NCBI GenBank assembly: GCA_045646345.1 | Contig: JAZRKN010000005.1 | Location: 1 to 64,000, forward strand | Reading direction: 5' to 3' | DNA length: 64,000 nt | Origin: Candidatus Scatovivens sp. | Lineage (GTDB): Bacteria; Bacillota; Clostridia; TANB77; CAG-508 | In this document: positions 51,610 through 60,812 of the stretch, piece by piece | Layout: each line of letters begins with the position of its first letter | How positions within the stretch are numbered: position 1 is the first letter of the stretch | The notes under the pieces: model-generated | Told to the model about the DNA's origin: nothing | Seen by the model: only the letters and a program-made list of their open reading frames with translations | The model's database searches: none | Translations under genes and position numbers: made by a program

Positions 51610-53127
51610 ATGATAAAGAAAAATTTATTTAAATCAGTTCGTGCAAAATTGTTTTTAACTTTATGTATTGTTATTTTAATGATTATTTTCTTTTTTATAG
51701 TAATAAATAATACTGTTTTAGAAACATTGTATTATTATTCAAAAAAAGAAGCTGCTTTAGAAATGTATGAATATGTAAATTCAAATATTCCTAAAGAAAT
51801 TAAAGAAGAAGAAAAAAGTAAATACGATTCTAGTTTAGAAAGATTATCAGTAAATAACAATTTTGAGATTTTAATTGTAGATGGTGAAAATACTGTATAT
51901 GCTACAAATAAAAATTATATATCTGAATTTGGAACAATAAATGAAATTACATACAATATTGATTACAGTATATTTAATAAAACAGATATAATGTATTCAA
52001 AAGACAATTTAAGTATTAGAAAAATTGCTAATAAGAAAAATGGAATTTATTATATTTTAGTAAATTCGATTTTAGAAAATGGAAATGAATTTTATCTAAG
52101 AACTCCTGTTGCTCCAATTCAAGAAAGTGCATCTCTTTCAAATAGATTTATTTATGTATTAGGATTTGCAGCAATTATTATGGGTGGAATCGCTATAATG
52201 TTTATAACAGAAAGATTTACTAAACCAATTGAAGAGTTAAACGAAATTGCTAATGAAATGAGTAAATTAAATTTCAAAAGAAAATATAGAATTAATGACA
52301 ATGAAGATGAAATTGATGAGCTAGGTAAGAGTATAAATACATTATCAGACAAATTAGAAGAAACAATCAATCAATTGAAAATTAATAATTCTGAACTTGA
52401 AAAAGATATTGAAGCAAAATCAAAAATTGATGAAATGAGAAAACAATTTATTTCAGATGTATCACATGAATTAAAAACTCCAATTGCGTTAATTCAAGGA
52501 TATGCAGAAGGATTGGTAGAAAATGTAAATTCAGATGAAGAATCTAAGAAATTCTATGCAGAAGTAATTTTAGATGAAGCTAATAAAATGGATAAATTGG
52601 TAAAACGTTTATTAGAACTTATGAAACTTGAATATGAGGACAGAAAATTTAATGATCAAAAATTCGATTTAGTAGAATTGATTCATTCTGTTGTAAAGAA
52701 TTCAAAAGTGGTTTTATCAGAACAAAAAATTAATGTAGATTTTAATGAGGAAAATCCAATTTATGTTTATGCTGATGATTTCTATATCGAACAAGTTGTT
52801 ACAAATTACTTTACTAATGCAATAAAAAATGCAGAAGAAGTAGAGAAAGTAAAAGAAATAAAAATTACTATCAAAAAGAGTAAAGAGCTAGGAAAATATA
52901 GAGTTTCAGTATTTAATACTGGAAAGAAAATTGATGAAGAAAATTTAAATAGAATTTGGACAAGATTTTATAAAGTTGATTCAGCAAGAACTCGTTCTAA
53001 AGGTGGAACAGGAATTGGGTTAGCTTTAGTAAAAGCTATTATGACAAAATATAATAGTGCTTATGGAGTGAAAAATAAGAAAAATGGTGTTGAATTTTAC
53101 TTCGATATTCAAGAAGCTAAAAGTTAG
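51610..53127 (+). CDS. Sensor histidine kinase with HAMP domain
   Basis: Two TMs; SHELKTP; GGTGIGL. Confidence 0.95.
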   Translation: MIKKNLFKSVRAKLFLTLCIVILMIIFFFIVINNTVLETLYYYSKKEAALEMYEYVNSNIPKEIKEEEKSKYDSSLERLSVNNNFEILIVDGENTVYATNKNYISEFGTINEITYNIDYSIFNKTDIMYSKDNLSIRKIANKKNGIYYILVNSILENGNEFYLRTPVAPIQESASLSNRFIYVLGFAAIIMGGIAIMFITERFTKPIEELNEIANEMSKLNFKRKYRINDNEDEIDELGKSINTLSDKLEETINQLKINNSELEKDIEAKSKIDEMRKQFISDVSHELKTPIALIQGYAEGLVENVNSDEESKKFYAEVILDEANKMDKLVKRLLELMKLEYEDRKFNDQKFDLVELIHSVVKNSKVVLSEQKINVDFNEENPIYVYADDFYIEQVVTNYFTNAIKNAEEVEKVKEIKITIKKSKELGKYRVSVFNTGKKIDEENLNRIWTRFYKVDSARTRSKGGTGIGLALVKAIMTKYNSAYGVKNKKNGVEFYFDIQEAKS

Positions 53128-53204
53128 AAGAATTCACACAAAAATCACATTTGAAATATTGACTAATAAAAATTAATTTGATAAAATTTAGTTGAAAATA
53201 AATA

Positions 53205-53275
53205 ACGGATATCATAGGAGAGGGGCTGAACTCTAAACAAGTTTTTGTGGTAGGGTTTAGCCCCGATTGATTTGT
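53205..53275 (+). ncRNA. Candidate structured RNA or leader hairpin
   Basis: 14-bp stem GGGGCTGAACTCTA/TAGGGTTTAGCCCC with G-U pairs, downstream of TTGACT-17-TAAAAT; no U-tract. Confidence 0.4.
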
Positions 53276-53305
53276 ATAGACATATAATATAGAAAGGAAA
53301 TTTTT

Positions 53306-54046
53306 ATGAAGTTAGGAGTTACAATAATTGCTATACTTACAATTGGATACTTAATATTTTTGTTCAGAGATTATATTATATGGTTTTTTAATGCGGCAAA
53401 AGTTACTTTCTTAAATCAAAAGGGAGTAAAAGATATTCAAAAAAAAGGAATGAATACTAGAAATTTAAAAAATGAAGATATAAAAAAATATATTGAAATA
53501 GCAAAAAAATCACTTGATAAAATAAATGTAGATTACAATAGAAATTTTATATTGAATCAAGAATTAGAAAGACATTTAAGATATTCAAGATTTTCTGAAA
53601 AGTATGTACTTGAATTATTACATGAAATTTTAGAATATATGGGATTAAATAAAGATAATATAATTTTAAAAGTTAATTATATTTCGAGTAAATACTATAT
53701 GCAATATGCTGGAATGTATTCAGAAAAGTTAGAGCATACAGATGATAAACAGATTTTAATAAATATTCAAAATGATATGACAATGGATACTGTGATTTCA
53801 ATACTTGCTCATGAATGTACACATCATTTGTTATTATCAAATAATATTAAAATGAAAGAAAGATTACAAAATGAATGCTTAACAGATATTACAGCTATTA
53901 TTCTTGGATTTGGAAAATTTATGGTAGAAGGCTATAAAATTTCCAATAGAGTAATATATGATGAAGAATTTCATAGAAGTATCAAAAAAGATAGGGTGGG
54001 ATATTTAAGCTATAAAGATGTTAAATATGCAATAAAAAATAGATAA
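53306..54046 (+). CDS. Membrane-anchored HEXXH zinc-metallopeptidase-like protein
   Basis: N-terminal TM; LAHECTH followed by E.LTD...GFG. Confidence 0.6.
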   Translation: MKLGVTIIAILTIGYLIFLFRDYIIWFFNAAKVTFLNQKGVKDIQKKGMNTRNLKNEDIKKYIEIAKKSLDKINVDYNRNFILNQELERHLRYSRFSEKYVLELLHEILEYMGLNKDNIILKVNYISSKYYMQYAGMYSEKLEHTDDKQILINIQNDMTMDTVISILAHECTHHLLLSNNIKMKERLQNECLTDITAIILGFGKFMVEGYKISNRVIYDEEFHRSIKKDRVGYLSYKDVKYAIKNR

Positions 54047-54051
54047 AACGA

Positions 54052-54078
54052 AAGACCTAGGTTGTTACCTAGGTCTTT
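54052..54078. terminator. Bidirectional hairpin between convergent genes
   Basis: AAAGACCTAGGT...ACCTAGGTCTTT. Confidence 0.75.
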
Positions 54079-54289
54079 GTTGTGATACTGTTGGTAGGTT
54101 GATTCGAATTTTTCTTAAAACACGCCATTCGCCTTTTTCTTCTATAATATAGGCTTTAATTTCAGGGTATTTGTCGGTTTTTCGTAATTTTTTTAACCGT
54201 TTGTCAGCATCATCTTGGCTTTTTTCATAAAAAACGCTAGTAAATGTTGTTTCCATGAGTGTTTGCCATCCTTTCGAAATTTTCGACAT
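54065..54289 (-). CDS. Small basic ORFan, apparently leaderless
   Basis: TTGCAA-17-TATATT ends 6 nt before ATG; no SD. Confidence 0.55.
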   Translation of the reverse strand: MSKISKGWQTLMETTFTSVFYEKSQDDADKRLKKLRKTDKYPEIKAYIIEEKGEWRVLRKIRINLPTVSQQRPR

Positions 54290-54335
54290 AACAATAATAT
54301 AACATAATTTACATAATTTTGCAACTGCGTGCTTT

Positions 54336-55049
54336 TTATTCTATTTCAAGCAAACTTTTTACTTTTTCTATTTCTTCAGGAGTAGGAGAAGGAACATTTT
54401 CTAATTCGTACGGAACTCCGATTTCTTTCCATTTGAATTTTCCTAAACTATGATAAGGTAATAGTTCCACTTTTTCTACATTAGAAAGAGTAGAGATGAA
54501 TTTTTTTAAATCTAATAAATCAAATTTATCATCAGTATAACCAGGAACTATTACTTGTCTAATCCAAACTGGTAAATTTATATTACTTAAATATTTTGCA
54601 AATTCTAATGTGTTTTTGTTTGTATAACCGGTAAGATCTACACATTTTTCTGGATTAATATGTTTAATATCTAATAAAACAAGATCGGTATATTTTAATA
54701 ATTCTTTTATTGGTTCTGAAAGAGGTAGTGCACCTGATGTGTCTAATGCAGTATGGAAACCTAATGATTTTAAATCTTTGAAAAGTTCTGTTATAAACGC
54801 GGTTTGTAATAATGGTTCTCCACCAGAGACTGTGATACCACCACCAGAAGTATCAATATAAGATTTATATTTTGTGATTTCTTTAATTAGTTCTTCTTTA
54901 GAAACTGTTTTACCACCATGTACGTTCCATGTGTCTCTATTATGGCAATATTTACATTTTAGTGTACAGCCTTGCATGAATATAACGAATCTAATTCCAG
55001 GTCCATCAACAGTACCAAATGTTTCTATTGAATGTATTTTTCCGTTCAT
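54336..55049 (-). CDS. pflA: Pyruvate formate-lyase activating enzyme
   Basis: VDGPGIR, GCTLKCKYCHNRDTW, SGGEPLLQ. Confidence 0.96.
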   Translation of the reverse strand: MNGKIHSIETFGTVDGPGIRFVIFMQGCTLKCKYCHNRDTWNVHGGKTVSKEELIKEITKYKSYIDTSGGGITVSGGEPLLQTAFITELFKDLKSLGFHTALDTSGALPLSEPIKELLKYTDLVLLDIKHINPEKCVDLTGYTNKNTLEFAKYLSNINLPVWIRQVIVPGYTDDKFDLLDLKKFISTLSNVEKVELLPYHSLGKFKWKEIGVPYELENVPSPTPEEIEKVKSLLEIE

Positions 55050-55152
55050 AAATAAGTCTCCTTGTCTATATATTAATCCTTACAATTACATTATAAAAAA
55101 AGAATTAAAAAAAGGCAAACATTTTTGTTTGCCTTTTAAAAATCTATTTTAA

Positions 55153-57387
55153 TTAGATACTTTCATGAATAGTTCTATTGATAACATCTAATTGTTGTTC
55201 TCTTGTTAGTTTTACAAAGTTAACTGCATATCCTGAAACTCTGATTGTTAATTGAGGATATTTTTCTGGATGTTCCATTGCATCTTCAAGTAATGCTTTG
55301 TCAAATACGTTAACATTAATGTGATGACTGAATTTTGAGAAGTATCCATCAAGTAATGCTGTTAAGTTTGTAATTCTAGATTTTTCGTCTTTTCCTAAAG
55401 CTTTAGGAACTACGGCAAAAGTATATGAAATTCCATCTTCTGCGTGTTTATATGGTAATTTAGTCATAGTATTAAGTACTGCTAAAGCACCATGTGTATC
55501 TCTTCCGTGAATTGGGTTTGCACCAGGACCAAAAGGTTGACCAGCTTGTCTTCCGTCTGGAGTTGTTCCAGTTGCTTTTCCATAAACAACATTTGATGTG
55601 ATAGTTAATATTGACATTGTTGGTTTTGAATTTCTATAAGTTGGTTGTTGTTTTAATTTATTCATAAACATTTTTACTATATCAACGGCAATAGAATCAA
55701 CTCTATCATCATCATTTCCATATTTAGGGAAGTCACCTTCAACTTTGTAGTCTACAGCTAATCCTGTAGCATCTCTGATAACTTTTACTTTTGCATATTT
55801 CATTGCTGAGAATGAATCTGCAACAATTGAAAGTCCTGCGATACCACAAGCCATTGTTCTTAATATTTCTTTGTCATGTAATGCCATTTCTAGTTTTTCA
55901 TAACAATATTTGTCATGCATGTAATGGATGATATTTAATGCGTTTATATAAACTCTAGCAACCCAATCACACATATTTTCAAATTTTTCCCAAACATCAT
56001 CATAATCTAAATATTCTGATGTAACTGGTACTGTTTTACTTGTGATTTGTTTTCCAGAGATTTCATCTCTACCACCATTAATTGCATATAATAATGTTTT
56101 TGCAAGGTTTGCTCTAGCACCAAAGAATTGCATTTGTTTACCAATTCTCATAGCAGAAACACAACAAGCTATTCCATAATCGTCACCCCAATATTCTCTC
56201 ATTAAATCGTCATTTTCATATTGGATTGAACTTGTTTTTATAGATAATTTTGAACAATAATTTTTGAATCCTTTTGGTAATTTTGTTGACCAAAGAACTG
56301 TTAAGTTTGGCTCTGGAGCAGGGCCTAATGTTTCTAATGTATGAAGCATTCTAAAGGCGTTTTTTGTAACTAATGTTCTTCCATCAATACCCATACCACC
56401 GATACTTTCAGTAACCCAAACTGGATCTCCACTGAATAATTCATCATATTCTGGTGTTCTTAAGAATCTAACCATTCTTAATTTCATAACAAAGTGATCC
56501 ATTATTTCTTGAGCATCTTCTTCAGTTAAAACTCCTGATTTTAAATCTCTTTCAAAATAAATATCTAAGAAAGTAGCAACTCTACCTAAACTCATAGCTG
56601 CACCATTTTGTTCTTTGATTGCTCCTAAGTAACCAAAATATGTCCATTGAACAGCTTCTTTTGCATTTTTTGCAGGAACTGAAATATCAAATCCATATTT
56701 TTTTGCCATTACTTTTAATTCTTCTAATGCTAATATTTGATCAAAATGTTCTTCTCTTTGTTTAACTAATTCTTCTGTTATAGAAGCGTGAGCTAAACTT
56801 TCTAAATCTTTTTTCTTTTCTTCAATTAAGAAGTCAACACCATAAAGAGCAACTCTTCTATAGTCACCAATGATTCTTCCACGGCCATAACCATCAGGAA
56901 GACCAGTTATTAAGTGTGAGCTTCTAGCAGCTCTTATTTCTGGAGTATAAGCAGTGAAAACACCGTCATTATGTGTTCTTCTATAATTATGATAGATATC
57001 TGCTAAGTTGTCTGCGATTTTTTCATTATAAGCTCCACATGATTTTTCAACAATTCTAATACCACCATTTGGCATAATTGCTCTTTTTAATGGTTCTTCT
57101 GTTTGAAGCCCAACAATTTGTTCTAGATTTTTATCTATAAAACCAGCTTCATGGCTAGAAATTGTAGAAGCAACGTCTGTTGATATAGCTAATACACCAC
57201 CAGCTTCTCTTTCTTTTTTATATAGCTCTAAAACTTCGTCCCAAAGCTTTAATGTTCTTTCTGTAGCTCCAGCTAAGAAAGATGCATCACCTTCATAAGG
57301 TGTGTAGTTCTTTTGAATGAAGTCTCTAACATTTACTTCATTTTCCCAAGAACCAGAATTGAAGTTATTCCATTCTTCAAATCTCAT
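55153..57387 (-). CDS. pflB: Pyruvate formate-lyase
   Basis: IACCVSAM active site; glycyl radical motif IRVSGYAV. Confidence 0.97.
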   Translation of the reverse strand: MRFEEWNNFNSGSWENEVNVRDFIQKNYTPYEGDASFLAGATERTLKLWDEVLELYKKEREAGGVLAISTDVASTISSHEAGFIDKNLEQIVGLQTEEPLKRAIMPNGGIRIVEKSCGAYNEKIADNLADIYHNYRRTHNDGVFTAYTPEIRAARSSHLITGLPDGYGRGRIIGDYRRVALYGVDFLIEEKKKDLESLAHASITEELVKQREEHFDQILALEELKVMAKKYGFDISVPAKNAKEAVQWTYFGYLGAIKEQNGAAMSLGRVATFLDIYFERDLKSGVLTEEDAQEIMDHFVMKLRMVRFLRTPEYDELFSGDPVWVTESIGGMGIDGRTLVTKNAFRMLHTLETLGPAPEPNLTVLWSTKLPKGFKNYCSKLSIKTSSIQYENDDLMREYWGDDYGIACCVSAMRIGKQMQFFGARANLAKTLLYAINGGRDEISGKQITSKTVPVTSEYLDYDDVWEKFENMCDWVARVYINALNIIHYMHDKYCYEKLEMALHDKEILRTMACGIAGLSIVADSFSAMKYAKVKVIRDATGLAVDYKVEGDFPKYGNDDDRVDSIAVDIVKMFMNKLKQQPTYRNSKPTMSILTITSNVVYGKATGTTPDGRQAGQPFGPGANPIHGRDTHGALAVLNTMTKLPYKHAEDGISYTFAVVPKALGKDEKSRITNLTALLDGYFSKFSHHINVNVFDKALLEDAMEHPEKYPQLTIRVSGYAVNFVKLTREQQLDVINRTIHESI

Positions 57388-57575
57388 AAGTCCCTCCTTG
57401 TAAATCTATGATATTTTTAACATTTCTGTTAAAGGTTATTCAATCTATTTTTTCCAATTACAAATTCTAACATAATGATGTGTTTTTTTCAATAGGGGGA
57501 AATGTAACTTTTTTGTGATTAATTTGTGTTTCCGAAAAGAAAGCTGAGAAAATAGGAATATTTCCTAAAAAAATA

Positions 57576-57593
57576 TTGTGAAAATTTCTACAA
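57576..57593. promoter_or_regulatory. Rex-like operator between pflB and maf
   Basis: TTGTGAA-AATT-TCTACAA versus Rex consensus TTGTGAA-N4-TTCACAA. Confidence 0.4.
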
Positions 57594-57658
57594 TAATTGA
57601 CATGAATTTTTAATAAATATATAATGCTATTGAAGAAAAAAATAAAGAGGTAAAAAGT

Positions 57659-58234
57659 ATGAAAATTATATTAGCGTCACAATCACCAAGAAGAGCTGCA
57701 TTATTAGATCTAGCAAAAGTAGATTTTGAAGTAATGCCAAGTAGTTTTGAAGAAAAAATTAGAAATGGAATGAATATTGAAGAACAAGCCAAAGAACTTG
57801 CATATGGAAAAGCATTAGAAGTTTTTAATAATACACAAGGGGATAGAACAATTATTGGTGCTGATACAATTGTTGTAAAAGATAATAGAGTTTATGGAAA
57901 ACCAAAGGATAGAGCTGATGCAATAAGAATGCTTAAAGAATTACAAGGTGATTATCATGTTGTATATACAAGTTTATCTATATTAATAGAAGATCATGAA
58001 GAATATAAAGAATATAAAGAAATTTCTAAAACATTGATTGAAGTGGCTCCTATGACAGATGACGAAATAAAAGAATATGTAGATTCAGAAGAACCATATG
58101 ATAAAGCAGGAAGTTATGCGATTCAAAGTTATTTTAGTAGATATATTGAAAAAATTGATGGTAATTATATGAGCGTTATTGGACTTCCAATCGATAAAGT
58201 TTATAAAATTTTAAAAGAAAATGAAATAATCTAA
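57659..58234 (+). CDS. maf: Maf nucleoside-triphosphate pyrophosphatase
   Basis: ILASQSPRR, GADTIV, GKP, DKAGSYAIQ. Confidence 0.93.
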   Translation: MKIILASQSPRRAALLDLAKVDFEVMPSSFEEKIRNGMNIEEQAKELAYGKALEVFNNTQGDRTIIGADTIVVKDNRVYGKPKDRADAIRMLKELQGDYHVVYTSLSILIEDHEEYKEYKEISKTLIEVAPMTDDEIKEYVDSEEPYDKAGSYAIQSYFSRYIEKIDGNYMSVIGLPIDKVYKILKENEII

Positions 58235-58278
58235 AATAAAAAAAGACTTTTGATATTCAAAAGTCTTTTTTGTTTTTA

Positions 58279-58551
58279 TTAATTTCCCATTTTTGCAAAT
58301 ACAGTAAATTGCAACGCTTTTTTTACAGTACTCCATTCTTCGGTTGGAATATCTGATACATAGATATATTTAGATTTTGTTTGAGTAACTTCGAAGATAT
58401 CTATATTAGCATATCTACTGTTTGCTTCGAATATATCATCATTATTATTTAATGCAACATAATTTTTTCCATTTTCTTGACAAGTGAATGAAAAAATTAA
58501 TTCCATATTTAAAACTTCGCCATTTTCATTTAAAATTTCTATACTTTTCAT
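58279..58551 (-). CDS. DUF1292-like small protein
   Basis: NENGE...ELIFSF...GKNYVAL...EEW. Confidence 0.6.
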   Translation of the reverse strand: MKSIEILNENGEVLNMELIFSFTCQENGKNYVALNNNDDIFEANSRYANIDIFEVTQTKSKYIYVSDIPTEEWSTVKKALQFTVFAKMGN

Positions 58552-58595
58552 ATTATTAATTTGTTAATAAATAATATTAACTTCTCCTTTGTATT

Positions 58596-58958
58596 TTAAT
58601 TAATAGGTGTTAATGTTTGGAAGAATGGATTTGAAAGAATATCTTCATCAGATATTTTTTCTTCAGCATTTCCTACAGCAGTTTCTGAATTTTTAGATAC
58701 AGTTTCTGCTGGAACTTCTCTATATATTCCTAAAATTTTTCTCATTTTTTCAATAGTTAATACATTCGCTTTATATAAAACTAATGAAGATTTTCGAGGA
58801 ATATAATTAAAATTACCAACTTGTACAGTAACGTTTGAAGTTTTATAAGTTTCAACTAATTTCGAAGTTAAAAGATTTGTATTATAAAAAGCTTTTAAAG
58901 TTTCTAAATCTTGTTTTAATAATACAAGAGATCCTGTACAAGGAAAAACTACTTTCAT
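58596..58958 (-). CDS. Hypothetical protein
   Basis: 120-aa ORF with GGTGA-type SD, cotranscribed orientation with the DUF1292-like gene. Confidence 0.6.
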   Translation of the reverse strand: MKVVFPCTGSLVLLKQDLETLKAFYNTNLLTSKLVETYKTSNVTVQVGNFNYIPRKSSLVLYKANVLTIEKMRKILGIYREVPAETVSKNSETAVGNAEEKISDEDILSNPFFQTLTPIN

Positions 58959-59100
58959 TTTTAATTCACCATCCTAAGTATAATATATATTTCATCTTAA
59001 CAATAATATGTTTTTTTTTCAATATATTTTTTTATAAATTTGAGTAGAAGGTTAAAAAAATATATGTTATAATGCAAGAAAAAAAAGAAGAGGGAAGAAA

Positions 59101-59598
59101 ATGAAATTAAATATAGTTTTAGTAGAACCAGAAATACCACAAAATACAGGGAATATTGCAAGAACATGTGCTGCAATTGGAGCAAAATTACATTTGGTAT
59201 ATCCACTTGGCTTTTCAATTTCAGAAAGAGAAGTAAAAAGAGCTGGCTTAGATTATTGGGATAAATTGGATATAGAAGAACATACAAGTTTTTCTAAATT
59301 TTTAGAAAAATATAAACCAGAAGAAAATAATATGTTTTTTGTCACAACAAAAGGAAAAAATGTGTATTCTGATGTTGATTATTCAGAAATGGATGAAGTT
59401 TTTTGCTTATTTGGAAAAGAAACAAAAGGATTACCAGAAGATATTTTAAAAGAATATCTAGATAAGACAATAAGAATTCCGATGAGAGAAACACTACGTT
59501 CTTTAAATTTGTCAAATTCGGTTGCTATTGTAGCATATGATATATTTAGACAATGTGACTTTTACAATATGGAAGAGATAAGTTCTTATTTTGAATAA
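59101..59598 (+). CDS. trmL: tRNA (cytidine/uridine-34 2'-O)-methyltransferase
   Basis: PEIPQNTGNIARTC, KRAGLDYW, FGKETKGLP, RSLNLSN. Confidence 0.94.
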   Translation: MKLNIVLVEPEIPQNTGNIARTCAAIGAKLHLVYPLGFSISEREVKRAGLDYWDKLDIEEHTSFSKFLEKYKPEENNMFFVTTKGKNVYSDVDYSEMDEVFCLFGKETKGLPEDILKEYLDKTIRIPMRETLRSLNLSNSVAIVAYDIFRQCDFYNMEEISSYFE

Positions 59599-59689
59599 AC
59601 TTTTATTTAAATAAAACTATTTATTTTTTATAGAGTTTAGTATAAAATTAATAAAGAAAAATAACTATTATAATTCAAGGAGGAATTTT

Positions 59690-59923
59690 ATGAAAAAAAT
59701 AATTTCAATAATATCATTAATAGTAGTATTACTAGTATTAGCAGTATTTTTAACAGGATGTACATTAACATTTGAAGCAACTGATAACTCAGTTTCTGCA
59801 ACTGTTGATGGAGAAACAACTGAAAAAGTTGATAATGTAATTGATTGGATAAAAGAAAGAATAGAAAGAGTATTTAATACAGACTCAAATTCAGAATCAG
59901 CTTCTGGTTCAGAAGTAGTTTAA
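59690..59923 (+). CDS. Small lipoprotein
   Basis: Lipobox LTGC. Confidence 0.7.
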   Translation: MKKIISIISLIVVLLVLAVFLTGCTLTFEATDNSVSATVDGETTEKVDNVIDWIKERIERVFNTDSNSESASGSEVV

Positions 59924-59937
59924 TTTTGGGAGGCAAT

Positions 59938-60747
59938 ATGAGAAAAAATATTTCGATTATACTAGTAGTATTAATGAGTGTATTATTTGTTTTTACTGGA
60001 TGCAGTGAAACTGATAATACAACTACAACATCATCTTCAAATAATATAAACACTACTCAAACAAATACAGTAGATGAAGCAGAAATTGAAGAGGGAGAAA
60101 AAATTCTAAACGAATTTGATTATAAAACTGCTGCAGATAAGCAAATGGCAATGCCACAAGATGGAGAAACAGTTGCTACTATAAAAGTAAAAGGTTATGG
60201 AGATATTAAAGTTAAATTCTTTCCGGAAATAGCACCTAAAGCAGTAGAAAATTTTACTACACATGCAAAAAATGGTTATTATAACGGAGTAACATTCCAT
60301 AGAGTAATAGATGAATTTATGATTCAAGGTGGAGACCCAGAAGGAACAGGTATGGGAGGAGAAAGTATTTGGGGAACAGGATTTGGCCCAGAACTTGCTC
60401 TTGAATTAGTTCCGTATAGAGGATCTCTATGTATGGCTATGTCAAGTTTGCCAAATAGTATTGGTAGTCAATTTTTTATAACACAAGCTAATTATTCTGA
60501 TTATATTAACTCATATTATAAAAGTTCAGGTTTTCCAGCTGGATTGTTAGAACAATATAAAATTCATGGTGGATATATAGGTTTATATTTACAATATACT
60601 GTTTTTGGACAAGTATACGAAGGAATGGATGTAGTTGATAGAATTGCTAAAGTAACAACTTATTCAGAAGAAGAGGGACAAGCAGACAAACCTAAAAAAG
60701 ATGTAATTATAGAAAAAATAGAAGTTACAACTTATAAAGGAAAATAA
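59938..60747 (+). CDS. Cyclophilin-type peptidyl-prolyl isomerase lipoprotein
   Basis: FTGC lipobox; FHRVIDEFMIQGGDP, GSQFFI, YTVFGQV. Confidence 0.92.
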   Translation: MRKNISIILVVLMSVLFVFTGCSETDNTTTTSSSNNINTTQTNTVDEAEIEEGEKILNEFDYKTAADKQMAMPQDGETVATIKVKGYGDIKVKFFPEIAPKAVENFTTHAKNGYYNGVTFHRVIDEFMIQGGDPEGTGMGGESIWGTGFGPELALELVPYRGSLCMAMSSLPNSIGSQFFITQANYSDYINSYYKSSGFPAGLLEQYKIHGGYIGLYLQYTVFGQVYEGMDVVDRIAKVTTYSEEEGQADKPKKDVIIEKIEVTTYKGK

Positions 60748-60812
60748 ATTTAAAATGGATACTTTTAAAAAAGAGTATCCATTTTTTAGGAATTGGGTAA
60801 AGGAGAAATAAA

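Noticed and set aside
53205-53275. tRNA, SRP RNA or 6S RNA
   Set aside because: No cloverleaf or T-loop, no SRP helix-8 motif, and too short for 6S.
54076-54295. End-to-end pairing and a Spo0A box in the 54065 cassette
   Set aside because: Only an 8-bp G-U-containing match; TGTCGAA arises from the Met-Ser-Lys codons.
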